Shown here one piece after another: positions 44,322 to 58,315 of a DNA stretch of 64,000 nt. The position numbers and the translations under genes were made by a program. The stretch is taken from positions 310,001 through 374,000 of the forward strand of contig JBODTK010000155.1 of assembly GCA_050613775.1 (NCBI GenBank), given 5' to 3'. The notes beneath the pieces were generated by a model. It was not told the origin of the DNA, searched no databases, and was given only the letters and a program-made list of their open reading frames with translations. Source of the stretch: Neocallimastix sp. 'constans' (taxonomy: Eukaryota). Position 1 is the stretch's first letter; each line of letters starts with the position of its first letter.

Positions 44322-45673
44322 TTAACTAAGATTTTGAGTAAATTCATATCTATAACTACTTCCATTGAATGGATTACTTGAATCTGATTGGGTTGGTCTT
44401 ACTTTGGTAGTAATCTTTCTAGTGACATTAGTTGCACTACGTTTTACAGAACTAGTAACAGTAGTTGCACTACGCTTAACTGAATTTGCTTTTTTAGTAA
44501 TACTTCTAGAAATAGTTTTCATATTATCAGTAAGTTGTTTGTATTGCTTTGGATTCTTCTTAAGGAATACAAATGCAGCAGCAGCACCAACAACAGAACC
44601 AGTAACAGCAACACCGGTTACATAAGTAGTAGCATCTGTTGTGTAACTGGATGGACCAACTTCTTCAACAATATTTTCTTCATCTTTCTTATTATCAGTC
44701 TTCTTTTCATCATCTTCTTTTTTATTATCTTTGTTAGTATTTTGATCATTTATTGGAATAGTAATTCCTGGAGTTTCAGTTAAAGTAGAATTGTTATTTA
44801 ATGTATTATTAGCAGCAACTGTAGCGGTTGGAACTTTAATACCTTCAGATACGGAGACAGCAGGAGTATTAGTTGCGGCAGCTACAGTAGTAGTGGTAGT
44901 GGTTGTGGTAGTGGTTTTTCTAGTTGTTGAACTTCTATGGGCAGAAGTTGTACTTTTCTTAGTGGTAGTTTTTCTCGATTCATCTTTATCACTAGAAGAA
45001 CCAGAACCAAGAGCATAAACTTCTCTACCAATAACATTACCTGTTTTATATCTACACACTAAAAGGTAACGAGCAGAATAATGTGGACAATCTGTCATAC
45101 CACAACCGACTTCAGTATTATCAGCCCAAACAATTTGAGAATAATGTCCAATATCTTCACCATGATAAGAAATATCTTTAAAGTTTGATCTATATCCTGA
45201 ATTATTAAAACCAGATTTTTCATCCATCCAATTATTGAACATTCTTTTAACATCACCAGTAGTACTACCAGCTAAATTTTCTGGACCTTTATGTGAGTGA
45301 ACCATACCTAAACATTTTTCAGAATAACTCTTAATAATTATTTAAAAAAAAATAATTAAATTAATAATTATATATTAATTAATTTATTTTATTATTGGAA
45401 AGTAAAAATAAATAAGTATTTATATAAATATATTAATTGAAATATTTATAAACTAATTGTATTAATTTGAAATATATTGGATAAAATTATTACTTGAGCT
45501 GCAGAAGCAAGACTATCACTCCAGGAGATGGATTTCATATTTGATGCATTTAATTTTGCTCTAGCTTCTTTGTGAAGAGATAATAATGCATCCTTTTGAG
45601 ATGAAGTTAATTTAGCATTAGTACTACATACTAAAAATGCAATGGATAAAACAGCAGATATATTAAATCTCAT
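44322..45673 (-). CDS. CAP/SCP/PR-1 superfamily protein with C-terminal transmembrane segment, paralog of 28366..29830; exons 45494-45673 and 44322-45329, 395 aa
   Basis: Signal peptide, LHKEARA..MKSISWS, ENLA, GHYSQIVWADNTEVGCG and LLVCRYKTGN. It has the same phase-0 intron after codon 60 and the hydrophobic segment YVTGVAVTGSVVGAAAAFVFL followed by KK. Confidence 0.93.
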
Positions 45674-48304
45674 TTTTTCTATATATATATATTTTGTAAT
45701 AATATTATTTTAATATATATTAAGTTAATAATTGTTATTAATCACTATTTATTTGTAAATACTAAAACAAAATTTTATAACATAAGTATAGTAGTTATTA
45801 TATTTATTTTTATTTCAACATTTATCAATTTCATTTATTTTTTTTTTATTATTTGTATTACATACTACATTCTCATTTAAATAAAATTAAAATAATTAAT
45901 TCTTTAATATTCTACATATACATATATTTTTGATTTGTATGAATGTATTATTCATTCATTATTTTTATTATTTAAATATAGATAGTACATTTAATTTTAA
46001 ATGATCTTTTTTATTATTGTTGTACTTAAATATTAAAAATTAGTCAATATTAAAAACAAGTATATTCTTGATATTAATAATTATTTGTTTTAACTTATTA
46101 AATTTATTTCTATTAATTATTTTTATTACACTTAATTTTGTTATTATAATTTAAATATATTGATTTATTATTTTTTTATTACTCATATTTATAAAACATT
46201 GATTCATTTTAATATTTAAAATATATAAATAATAAAGATATATATAAATTATAAATTTTCTTGATCTTTACTTCTATTTTTAAAAATTATTATTTTAGTT
46301 TTAAAATTAGTTTTTATAAAAACCAAATATAAATTATTTATTTGAAAAAAAAAAAAATTCTTTTTACTTTTATTTATATAATTTTTTTTTTTTATTTTTT
46401 GGCTATTTATTATTTTAATTAAACCGCAGTATAATGATTAAACATTAATTAAATTTTATAATTTATTATAAATAATTTATTTATATTTCAAAATCTTAAA
46501 ACAAATAGTTTCCCTTTATAATATACGAATATAATTTTAATTTATAAATATTTAATATAATTACATAGACCTTATACTTTTTTTTACTTTATTTTTTTTT
46601 ATTTTATAAGGTTTATATTTTTTAATTTGTGTTATTTTTTTTGTTTCATTTTATAATAAATATGATACAACCGTTGATAATTATTTAATATAATATATTA
46701 TATATTGTTAATATATTAGTAATTATATTTTATAACTAATTGGTTTTAATTTTGCTATTATTTACCTTATTTTCCTTGTTCTGTGTAACATACTTAATTA
46801 AATTTAACTTTAATTTACTTTTTTTTTTTTTTTTTTTTTTTAATATCTTTATATTTTTCTTTATTGTTATAACGTTAGAAAAAGATTATAACAAATATTT
46901 AGTGGTATGATAAACTTTATATATTATTTATGTATTATAAATTATATACACATATCAATTCACTTTCTGTTATTTAAACTTTTTTTATTAAAGATTTTTA
47001 TTGATTTAATAGAAAAATTAGTTCAAAAAAATATAATTTATCTTACTTTTATAAAATTAATAATTAATAAAATAAATATTATATTTCCAAGTAATAAAAA
47101 ATTTTAGTTGTCTATTATATTATATTATTTTTACATTATAATATCTTTAAAATTATATATTAGTATTAATTATAACATTATTAATAATATACAATATCTC
47201 TTTAATAAATTATTAATAATATTCATTATTTTATTAATTACTAAAATAAATAAAATCTTAAAACTAATATGGATACTAAACTTTTTATATTGAAAAAAAT
47301 ATTTTAGCATTTATATTAATATTTATTTTTTAATTAAATATATATAATAAAAGTATTTTAAAAAAAAAAAAAAAAAAAAAAGCATAAAATTATGATATTA
47401 TTAATTAATTGAAATATTATTAAAATATATTATTAATTAAAATTATTTTTGTATTAATATTGTGTAACTAGTTAACCATTTTATATAAAGTGTTTTATTA
47501 TAAATAAATTGGTTTATGTAAGTTCATAATAAAAATTTATCCCATTGTTATATTTTATATATATTAAAACGGCTATATTATATTATATTATATTATAATG
47601 TATTTATATTTATTTGTTAAAAATTAGTTTAAGTATAGAATTTAAATCCAATTATTTTTGCATATGAATAAATTTAATTTAAAATATATACTTAAGATAT
47701 ATATAAACTTTTTTTTTTAGTGGTTATTTATTTAATAAAAATATAAATTAAACTAATTTTTATTCAATAAATATTAAAACGACTATAAAATATATTAAAA
47801 AAAGAATATATATATAAATATAAAAATAATTTATAATATATGATATTTATTAATAAGTTAAATAACATATATCTATATTATTGGTTTTTTAATTAGTTTT
47901 GAAAAAAAAAGTCCTTATTAATAAATACAATAGAATTTCTTTATTAAACTTGACCATTTTACATATGTAAATATAATTCTTTTTGATTTAAATATATATA
48001 TTTTAATAAGATTTTTTTTACATATATATTTTTATTAAAAAAAAGTATTAAATATCAGTTAATTATATTCATATTTTTTATAGTAACTTTTGAAAGTTAA
48101 ATTGTTTATTTAGTCTTAAATACTAAATTTTTTAGACAAGGAAATTAGTTTTATTTAATTAAAATACATGTAAAAGAAAAAAATTACATAAAGAAAATTT
48201 TTATAAGATTTGTGATTTTTATAACCTATAATCAAAAATAAAATATTGTATTATATAATAATAATAATAATAATAATAATAGTGGTAATAATAATAATAA
48301 TAAT

Positions 48305-48358
<54 letters not shown>

Positions 48359-48826
48359 TAAAGAAATAGTCATAATAATAATGCAATAAAAAAATAATAA
48401 ATAATAAAAAATATTTTAATTACATATTATTAATTTATATATATCTTTATTTTAAAAATTTCTTCATATTTATAAAAATATACATTTTTGGTATAAATAA
48501 AGTTAGGAAAATAGTAAAATTTTAAATGATAATAAAAAGATAAAAAAAAAAAAGATAAAAAAATAAATTAAAAATTTTAAATTGTGGATTTTTATTTTTA
48601 TTTTTATTTTTATTTTTATTTTTTTTATCCATTTTATTTTCATATCAAATAAAAAGCAAATAAAAAAAAAATAATAATAATAAAAATCTAATGATTTAAT
48701 CCAAAGAAAAGTAATGAAGATCATTTAATGATGATTTGATTATATAAATTAATAATTATATTAATTTATTACTACTACTATTATTATTATTTAAATAGTA
48801 ATTAAAATAGAAAAAAGTTCTTATAC

Positions 48827-48903
<77 letters not shown>

Positions 48904-49015
48904 TAAATAAAATAACAATAAAAGTGAAACATTAAAATAAAATGAGCATAGCATTTATTAATAAATTTTTTAATTTTTTATTTTATTATTTTTATTTTAA
49001 TAAATAAATAAATAA

Positions 49016-49057
<42 letters not shown>

Positions 49058-49395
49058 TTAATAAAATATAATTTGTATAAATAAATTGTAATACTTTTTT
49101 TCTATATATATTAATAAATAAATATATAAAATAAGAAAGAGGGAATAGATAAAATAAGAAATAAAAAGTGTTATGCATAAAAAAAATTAAAAGGTAAAAA
49201 AAGAAAAAAGAAATTTATGTGTATGATTTATATTTAACTTCAAAATAAAGAAAATTACTGTTATAAAACAGAAAATTCTAAAAAAAAAAATTTTTTTTTT
49301 ATCATTAAATATGAGTAAAAAATAAAATAAAGAAAATAATAATGAAAATGAAAAAAAAAATTATTATTATTATATAATTCTAATAAAAATTTTAG

Positions 49396-49456
<61 letters not shown>

Positions 49457-49705
49457 AAAAAAAAAAAAAAAATAAAATTAAATAAAATAAAATAAAAAAT
49501 AAAAAATAAAAAATAAAAAATAAAAAAATAAAAATATAAAAAAATTATTTATAATAAAAAAAATGATTTATAAAAATTAATATATATTTTTTAATTTTTA
49601 TTACTTATTATTACTATTATTATTAATATTGTATATAAATATAAATATATATTTTATATTATTCTTTTTTTTTTTTTAGTTTTTTTTTTCTTTTATCTTT
49701 TATCT

Positions 49706-51113
49706 CTACATTTTAAGAAATTCCATTACTTTATCTAATTTACTTGAATGTTGATTTTTGGGTAATTGCTTGATATGAGATTTAAGAGGTTCTTTTAAAT
49801 CTGGTACTTTTGTTAAAACCTCTTTAAGTTGTTGAAATGGTAATTGAAGGATAACATTCAATGATTGAGGTAATGTAATTTTTAAACATCTAATAAAACC
49901 CTCCCATAATTTTGGCATAGTCCATACTTTCTTTACAATAAGTTGTGTTAAAATATTGGTACAAATAAAATTGGTTAAATTTCTATATAAATTTACGGTT
50001 TGAATAGTAGTACGCATGAAAAGTTTTGGTATAGGTTGTTGTTCAACAAGTTGGGTTAATACAACAGCTAAGACTTCTTGTTTAAAGATTTGTGGTAATG
50101 AGAAACATATTTGAGTGGCTTTATATTATTATTATTAATTATTATTATTAATAATTATTGTTGTTATTATTATTCCATTTTATATTATTTTATATCATTT
50201 CATTTCATTTTTATTTATTTATTTATTTATTTATTTATGAATAATAATATAATAATAATATAAAAGTTCATTAATTTTTTTTTATTATTATTATTATTTT
50301 ATATTATATATTAATAATAATAAAATAAATATTAAATAAAAAAAGGATATATATATATGAATAAGTTAATAAAAATAATAATTAGAATTATATTATTGAT
50401 TTAATAATATTAATTATTAAAATATTATTATTGCAATTTATATTAATAATTACCTTCACTACATCTCTTAAGTCCAACAGTACTTTCCATATTATGAAGT
50501 AAAACTAAAAGTTCTTGTGGTGTCATAATTGGCTTTTGAGTAGTTTTTGGATTACGTGATGTTGGATCAACAATAAGTAATATAACATCTTTAACATGTT
50601 TTCTCTGAGATTCGGTATCATTTAATATATGAACTAATTTTGGTAGATATTCTGCAACTTCAGACTATTATTTTAAATTAAAAATAATTAAAATTTAAAA
50701 ATAATAATAATTTAATTTAAATATATATAAATTATTTATTAATATATCAATATCTTTATTATTATTATTAAATTAAACTATTTAATAATTAATTTCATAA
50801 TATAATAAATTTTTTAATTATACTTTGGTTAAAGCACCAAAAATAGGAACTAAGAATTTCGGATTTAAATCACGTGAATTATACATATCTTTTACCATAT
50901 TAACTAACTCTGGTGTGGTTTTTGCTAAATTTTTTTTGAAAATTGTTATTATTATTAATTAATTATTCATTTTAATATTATATTTTATCATATTTATAAC
51001 AAACAAATAAATAATTTAATAATTAAATAGATAAATAAATAAATTTATAAATATATAATAAGTACTTAAATAAAACGAACAAACCAACAAACATATAAAC
51101 AAATAAAAATACA

Positions 51114-51148
<35 letters not shown>

Positions 51149-51915
51149 ATACTTACTGCATTTTTCAGTTAAAATAAATAATACTCTGATAGCCAAAGCA
51201 TCAGCACCAGTTTTGAAATTTCTTATAACTTCCAAAAGTTTTGGTGAGTTTATACCAATACTTTTAATTAAAGGTTGAATATGAATTCTAATAACTCTTT
51301 GAATATTATCTTTAAGTTGTGGATAAAGTTCAAATATTCTATTAAATTAATGATTATAATTATTTTAAGTTAATAGATGAATTTAATTAAATATTTATAT
51401 ATTTATCTATATATATCTATAATAGTATTTTTAATTATTATTAACTAAATTAATTAAACTAGAAGAAAAAATATATTTATATATATTACTCAGATAAAAG
51501 TTCATGTTTTTTACTACATATAGCAAAATAGAGTTCCAAATGTCTAATAATATCATTTTCTTTCCAACCAATTGATTTTCCCTTTTCTTTTTTATTTTTA
51601 TCTGTTTCTTTTTTATTATTTTCATTTTCTGATGAAGGTGTTTCTTTTTCTTGCTTTGTATCATCTTCTTTTTCTTTATTTTCATCTTTTTTGTTATTTT
51701 CTGAAGGTGGCGGTGATGGATTTAATAATAATTTTATTATACCAACAGCATAATTCTCTATGTAATGACTTAATTCGGTATCACCAATCCAACGTTTTAA
51801 TGTTATAATAGCATTTGATCTTGTTGATTTATCTAATTATTATTATTATTATTATTATTATTATTTATTATTTATTATTATTATTTATTATTATTATTTA
51901 TTATTATTATTATTA

Positions 51916-51951
<36 letters not shown>

Positions 51952-53786
51952 TTTATTTTATTTTATTTTATTTAAATTATAAATTTAATTTAAATATAAT
52001 ATATAATATTAAATATTTTTAAATATATATACCTGGATTTTCACCATATGATAATAATAAATCTAAACATTCTTTCATATTCGCTTTTCTTAATGCAATT
52101 AAATTTCTCAAAGTATAAATACCAACAGGCATTCTTTTTTAATAGTCATATATATAAAAATAAAATAAATAATAGATTAATATTAAAATTAAAAATATAT
52201 ATGTATATTATTATAATAATTACAATATTATTGTAAAGAAAAATAAATATATTTAAATAATATTTAAATAAAGAACATTATCACTTTTTTAAAAAGTATA
52301 TATATATATATATTTTACCTTTCTGGACTTTCACAATATCTTTTAATATTTCTTTTAATTATATTTGGTGGAATTTCTGGAATATCTAATAAAAATTTTG
52401 TAAAAAGTTTATCTTTTGGTTCTAGAACATCATGAAGTCCATCCATTATTTGTGTTAACCATTTTTCATATTGTCGTGGTGGAAGTTTAACTTTCTTTTT
52501 ACCAACTTTACGAAGAATAGCTTGTCTTTTTCTATCATCACCATACCATTCTTCATGAAGCCAAAGAGTGGCAAGTTCATGTCTATAATATTAAATATAA
52601 TGTAATAAAGTATATGTATATGTATTTAATAACAAATATTTAATAATAATTAATATTTATTAAATATATTTAGATAAATAATATAAAATAAAAATAAAGT
52701 AAAAAAAATAATAATAATAATAATAAAAATATAATATATAAAATTAAATATAAATAAAAAATAAAGTAAAAAATATATATATATATATATATAAATATAA
52801 ATATAAATATAAAATTAAATATAAATAAAAAATAAAGTAAAAAAAATATATATAAATATAAATATAAATATAAATATAAATATAAATATAAAATTAAATA
52901 TAAATAAAAATAAAAATAAAAATAAAATAAACAGTAGTAATATAAACATAAAGTAAAGATTGAATAAAATAAAATAAAAATAAAAAATAAAAAAAATTTA
53001 ATAATAATAATAAATATATATATATATATATAATATTAATAAATAAATATTTTAAATATTTATGTAATATATAATAATAATTTAATAATATATAATATTA
53101 TTTTACCTTAATTTAAAATTATTTAAAATAAATTTACATAAATCTTGCTTAACAGATTCTTCTAATTCAGTTGTAAATGAATCTTTTATTAATAGTTTTG
53201 GAATCTCTTTCTTATCTTCTGTGTTGTCATCATCATGCTCTTTAATTATTGTATTGAAACGATTTAAATTTTCAAAAGGAACTTTCTCTTTTATTTCATC
53301 AACATCTTTAATTTCATCATTGATATCACTTGTATATTCCAAAAGTGCTGTACGAAGAGAAAATTGATTTATTAGTCTTGCTAAAATAATCATCCAACCC
53401 TGTCGAGTACTTGGTGAAGAACGACCTTTAATAATCCATGTTTCAGCATCACATATACGTTTTATTATATCATTAAATAAATCTAATATTTCCTTTTGAG
53501 ATAATGATTTTGGATCTTGTAATGTAGCCAATATATGAGTTTCAGATAAAATTGGTGATTCATTATCCTCTTTCTTTTCCTTTTTATTTTTTTTTTTTAT
53601 TTATTAATACAGAATTTTAATATTTAATTTATAATATTTATTTATATTAATTATTTCGTTTAGTTTATTAATTATTTGTTTTTTTTTTTTTTTATTTTTT
53701 ATTTTTTACTTTTTTATCTTTTATTATTGTTATTATTATTTTTATCTTTTATCTTTTATTTTTATTTTATTCTTTACTCGTTATAA

Positions 53787-53833
<47 letters not shown>

Positions 53834-56178
53834 TATTTATATTTTTTTTTTTTTTTTTTTTTGATTATTTAACAACATACCTCATTCTTTTCTGATAATT
53901 GTTTTAAATTGTCGTCTTTATTAATATTCAATGGTTTAAGTAGAGAAGTATCATTTGGTAATAATGGTAAATTATTCAATGGGAAATCATTTTGATTCAT
54001 CGATATATCTTGCATATTATTATTAATATTACCATTAATATTATTAATATTATTAATGTTATTAATATTATTATTAATATTATTAATATTATTAATATTA
54101 TTAATATTATTAATATTATTATTAATATTATTAATGCTATTAATATTATTATTAATATTATTAATATTATTAATATTATTATTAATGTTATTAAGATTAT
54201 TAAGATTAATATTATTAACAAGAATATTATTATTATTATTATTATTAATTTCATTATTGTTATTTTTCATATTATTGATAAAAGATGTAAATCTTGGATC
54301 AGCAATAATTTTGCTATCATGAAGCCTAGGATCTTTTTGAGAAAAAGTTATTTGGCCATTTTCTTCTGGACTTCTACAAGACTTTTTTAAATAATGATGT
54401 AAAATGAAATTATTAGAATTTATTTACATAGAAAAAATTATTTATTAATCATTTTATAAAAATTTTAACAAAATGAAAATATATAAATTTATGAATATGT
54501 ATAGATAATTAATATATACTAGTATTGCAGTATTCCATTTTTCATTTGGTACTGTTGCTAAAGTTGCTAAAATAACATCTATAACAAATCCAGTTGGGAG
54601 TGTAGTAAAATCAAACTGTATTTGCTGTATATACAATAATTAAAATAATAAATAAAAGATAAAAATAAAAAATAAAATTAAAAAATAAAAATAAATAAAT
54701 AATTAAAGTTAAGGAGAAAACTATAATTTGTTAATTTGTTATTAATCACAATTTGAGAAAATTTAATCAGTAAAATTGTTTTATAATTTAAATATTAATA
54801 TGAAAAAGGATATGAATTTGATTTTGTTGTTTATTTGACGAGGATTGTTGTAGTGATCCTGATTCTGTTTTTAAACGTTTATTACTTTCTTCTGATACAT
54901 TATTTATTGACGGCCTTTTCATTCCTGAACTTGGTAATCGTGATTTTAAATCACTACTTTTAACACCAGCCAACTGTAAATACTCTGTTACTTGTTTAAT
55001 TTGATGTTGTGGTGGTGGTACTCTTTTTTTTTTTTTTTTTTTTGTTATAATTTTATTACAGTATTGTTATGAGATTTTATTTTTAAGTATTTATTATTTG
55101 ATTTTATTATTTATTTAATTAAAAAAATTTATTAAATATAAAATATAATATATATATTTTACCTATATATTGATAATAAACATATTTTAATGGTTCTTTC
55201 TATGCTACGTAATTGAACTGGTGTCATTTGTCTCGTAAAATTTTTTTTCCATGATAAAAGACTATTAATAACAGATGCTAAATATTGTTTCCTTGTTTTA
55301 GCAAGTAATGATAATAAATTCATTGAAGAAGTTATTATTGTACTTGAAACGCTGATTTTAAAAATATATTAATAAAATGAGATATTTTTGAAGTATTAAT
55401 AAATTAAAATATAAATAATATATAAATTCATTCTTTTTTTATTTTTTATTTTTAATATCATTATTATTATTAATTTATTTATTTTGTTAATATAAATTTA
55501 TTAATAGTAGTTTCATTTTTCTTACTTTTCTGCTAAAATTAATTGTGTTAAAACATCAAAATATTGTTTTGATTCGAAAGCTAACTGTTCAGTATCCAAG
55601 TAAGGATGATTAGATGGACATATATCTAAAGAAACATCATTCTTTATTGCCGTTTTCTTTGTATTAAATAAATTAACATATATATTTATTATACAGAGAA
55701 GTGTTACACAATTTTAAAATATCAATTTTTTCCTCATTATAATTTAATGATTTTTATCTATTTAATATAATAATTACATTATTAGGATCAGCTGCCGTTT
55801 GTACTTGTATAAGAACACTTAAAAATTTCAGTGAATTAATTTTAATGCAATCATTTGACGTTTTAAGAAATTCAATGATTAAACCTTTAATTTGCTTAAA
55901 AGTTAAATAAATTTCATGCATATCTTTTGGATATCGACATCTATAATACAAAAGTTTTTAAAATAAAATTTAGAAATATTATTTATGAATACAATTAAAG
56001 AAATAAAATTAATTAATATTATATATGTAATTTCTATATATAATATAAACTATTTTTTAAAAAAAAATTTAGAAATGAAATTCCGAAATTAATAATTTAA
56101 TTAGATTAATATTTGAAATTTTGAAGTTTAATGATAAGACTGAAATTGTTACTAATTTATTTTATTTTTATTTTTAAA

Positions 56179-56234
<56 letters not shown>

Positions 56235-57247
56235 GTTGATTTACTGCAATAATTTTATTATTGATTAATATTTAATTATTTTTTTTTATTTTTATTTTAT
56301 TTCTTTAATTCCATTTATATATATATATGTATATATATATGTAAATTTAAAAAATCATTATATATTATGGATAATAAATCTTACGATTGAGAAAAAATGA
56401 AGGGATATATATCACTACAAACTTGGATAGTGTTTCTAATTATATCATGTTCTGTTTCTGTAAGATATGCTTTTAAATTATTAATATTTTGATTCAATAC
56501 TAATATATTATTTTATCAATAATATTATTAGTAATTTGATTTTTTAAAATAGAAGCGCATCAATTAATATATAAATTATAATATTAATTTATATAATTTT
56601 TAAAGGAAAAAAAAAATAAAATAAAAATAAAATTATAAAAAAAAAAAAAAAAAAAAGGATTTATATAATTAGTATTAAATATATTAGAACAATATATATA
56701 AATGTTTAAGAAAGATCCATATTTTTTTTATTTTTTTTTTTTTTTCTAAAAAATAAAGGTCATATTTTTATGAATAATAAAAAAATTGAATTAATTAATT
56801 TTTATATATTTATGAATAATCCATTTTCTATGCTATTGCAAAAAGGTACAAATTATACATTTGTATATTTTTTATTTTATAAAAATTTTATTAATATTAT
56901 TATTTAAGTTTAATGAAATTCAAAAGAATTTAATTTCAATTTAATGACAAAAAAGAATTACAAAGAATGATTACAATTTTGTTAAAAAATAATATAAAAA
57001 TATTTTATAAATAAATTAATGAATCAATTAAAATTCCAATCATTAAACTATATTCATTTCTCTTTGTACTTTTATTTTTTTTTTTTATCATTTTTTTTTT
57101 TTTTACAATTCAACAAGAATCTTAATCTTATGATAAAATAGATATATTTAATAATTATATACCTATTCTTTTATTATTTTCTGAGGTTCCATCATTTTTT
57201 AGAGTATTTCGAATTAATTCGATTACTTCTTTCCAATCATTTAACAT
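49706..57247 (-). CDS. SYMPK: Symplekin/Pta1 (mRNA 3'-end processing scaffold), about 16 exons
   Basis: Spliced exons give IQVCSDIYP, KFLSVLIQVQT, DVSLDICPSNHPYL, QLRSIERT, DPRL, RHELATLWLHEEWY, DKLFTKFLLDIPE, GADALAIRVL, MTPQELLVLLH, KLFMRTTIQ and KKVWTMPKLWEGFIRC. The first exon (57163-57247) and start codon are tentative. Confidence 0.92.
54627..54813 (-). other. Putative U12-type (minor spliceosome) AT-AC intron in symplekin
   Basis: 5' end ATATCCTTTT at 54813, branch motif TCTCCTTAAC at 54717-54708 and 3' end TATAC at 54627. Removal is phase 1 and restores the frame (CAA ATT C|AG CAA ATA CAG TTT GAT). Confidence 0.8.
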
Positions 57248-58188
57248 TATTTCATATAAAATTTAAAATAAATCTAAATTTTAATATTTTTTTTAGTATG
57301 ATTATAATAAAAGTTTTTTTTGAATAAATAAATATTTTTTTATTTTAAAATGTTTTCATTGAAATAAATAAAGATTATATCATTAAAAATTTCTTTTTTT
57401 TTTTTTTTTTTTTTTTTAATCTTAAAAAAAAATATATTAATATCTATTATTTTTAAACATCTATAAATAATTTTTTTTATATTAAAAATTTCAATCATAA
57501 TATATATTAAAATTTTTCTTTACAGTATCAAAAAATTTGTTGGTATTTAAACTATATTAATCTTTTTAATTATAATTTATTTTATTTTCTTTTTTTATAT
57601 TATATTCTTTTTTTATTATTTTTATTTTTATTCTTGGTTTTATATATATATATATATATTTTTTTTTTTATTGTTTAAAATAACATTTTGAAATTTTTTA
57701 TAATATTTACATAACTATAAGTATTTAATTCTTTAAATTTAATCAGTATAATTATTAAATAACTATACTTTATTAATATAAATAATCTTTTAAATAAAAT
57801 ATCAACTATTCAAAATACTAATATTCTTAGTTAATTTCAAAAAAGATACTGAATTGATAATTTTTGCAGATATAATATAGAAATACTAATTTCTTAAAAA
57901 AAGATTATATAAGATAATCAAAATAAATAAATAAATTTATATATATAACTTTTTATAAAATTGATTATCATTATTTAAATATATCGACTTTTTTATTCAT
58001 TTTTTAAACAAACAAATAATATTATTAATATAAATGCCATAGTATCAATTTATTAAATCATCTGTAATTTCATTGATTATATATACTTTATATTATTTGA
58101 TATTATATAGATAATTTAAAACATTAAATGATGAATTAATGGAATGAAAATAAGTAATGAAATTAAAAATAAGATGATAGTCTTTCTC

Positions 58189-58315
58189 ATGAGCTGATAC
58201 AACACGAAGGTCGGTATAAAGACATTTTGACAGTAGACATATTGTCAACATTTAAAAAGAAGACCATGTCCATGCGTTTTCCCATACATAAGGTTTGCCG
58301 GCTCCTTGAGTTCAT
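58189..58315 (+). other. Isolated GC-richer island with nested stem potential; candidate structured ncRNA or regulatory element
   Basis: About 127 nt of much higher GC content within an AT desert. Stems 58189-95/58309-15, 58209-16/58296-303 and 58227-35/58240-48 need G-U pairs that form only on the plus strand. No family recognised. Confidence 0.3.

Noticed and set aside
50343..50352. Another ATATCCTTTT (minus strand) as a U12 donor
   Set aside because: It lies inside a normal GT-AG intron and not at an exon boundary; the motif alone arises by chance in AT-rich DNA.
58189..58315. GC island as RNase P RNA or U6atac
   Set aside because: GAAGGUCGG resembles CR-I, but there is no room for P2/P3 and no clear CR-V. 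GTGTTGTAT on the minus strand lacks the U6atac AAGGAGA box.
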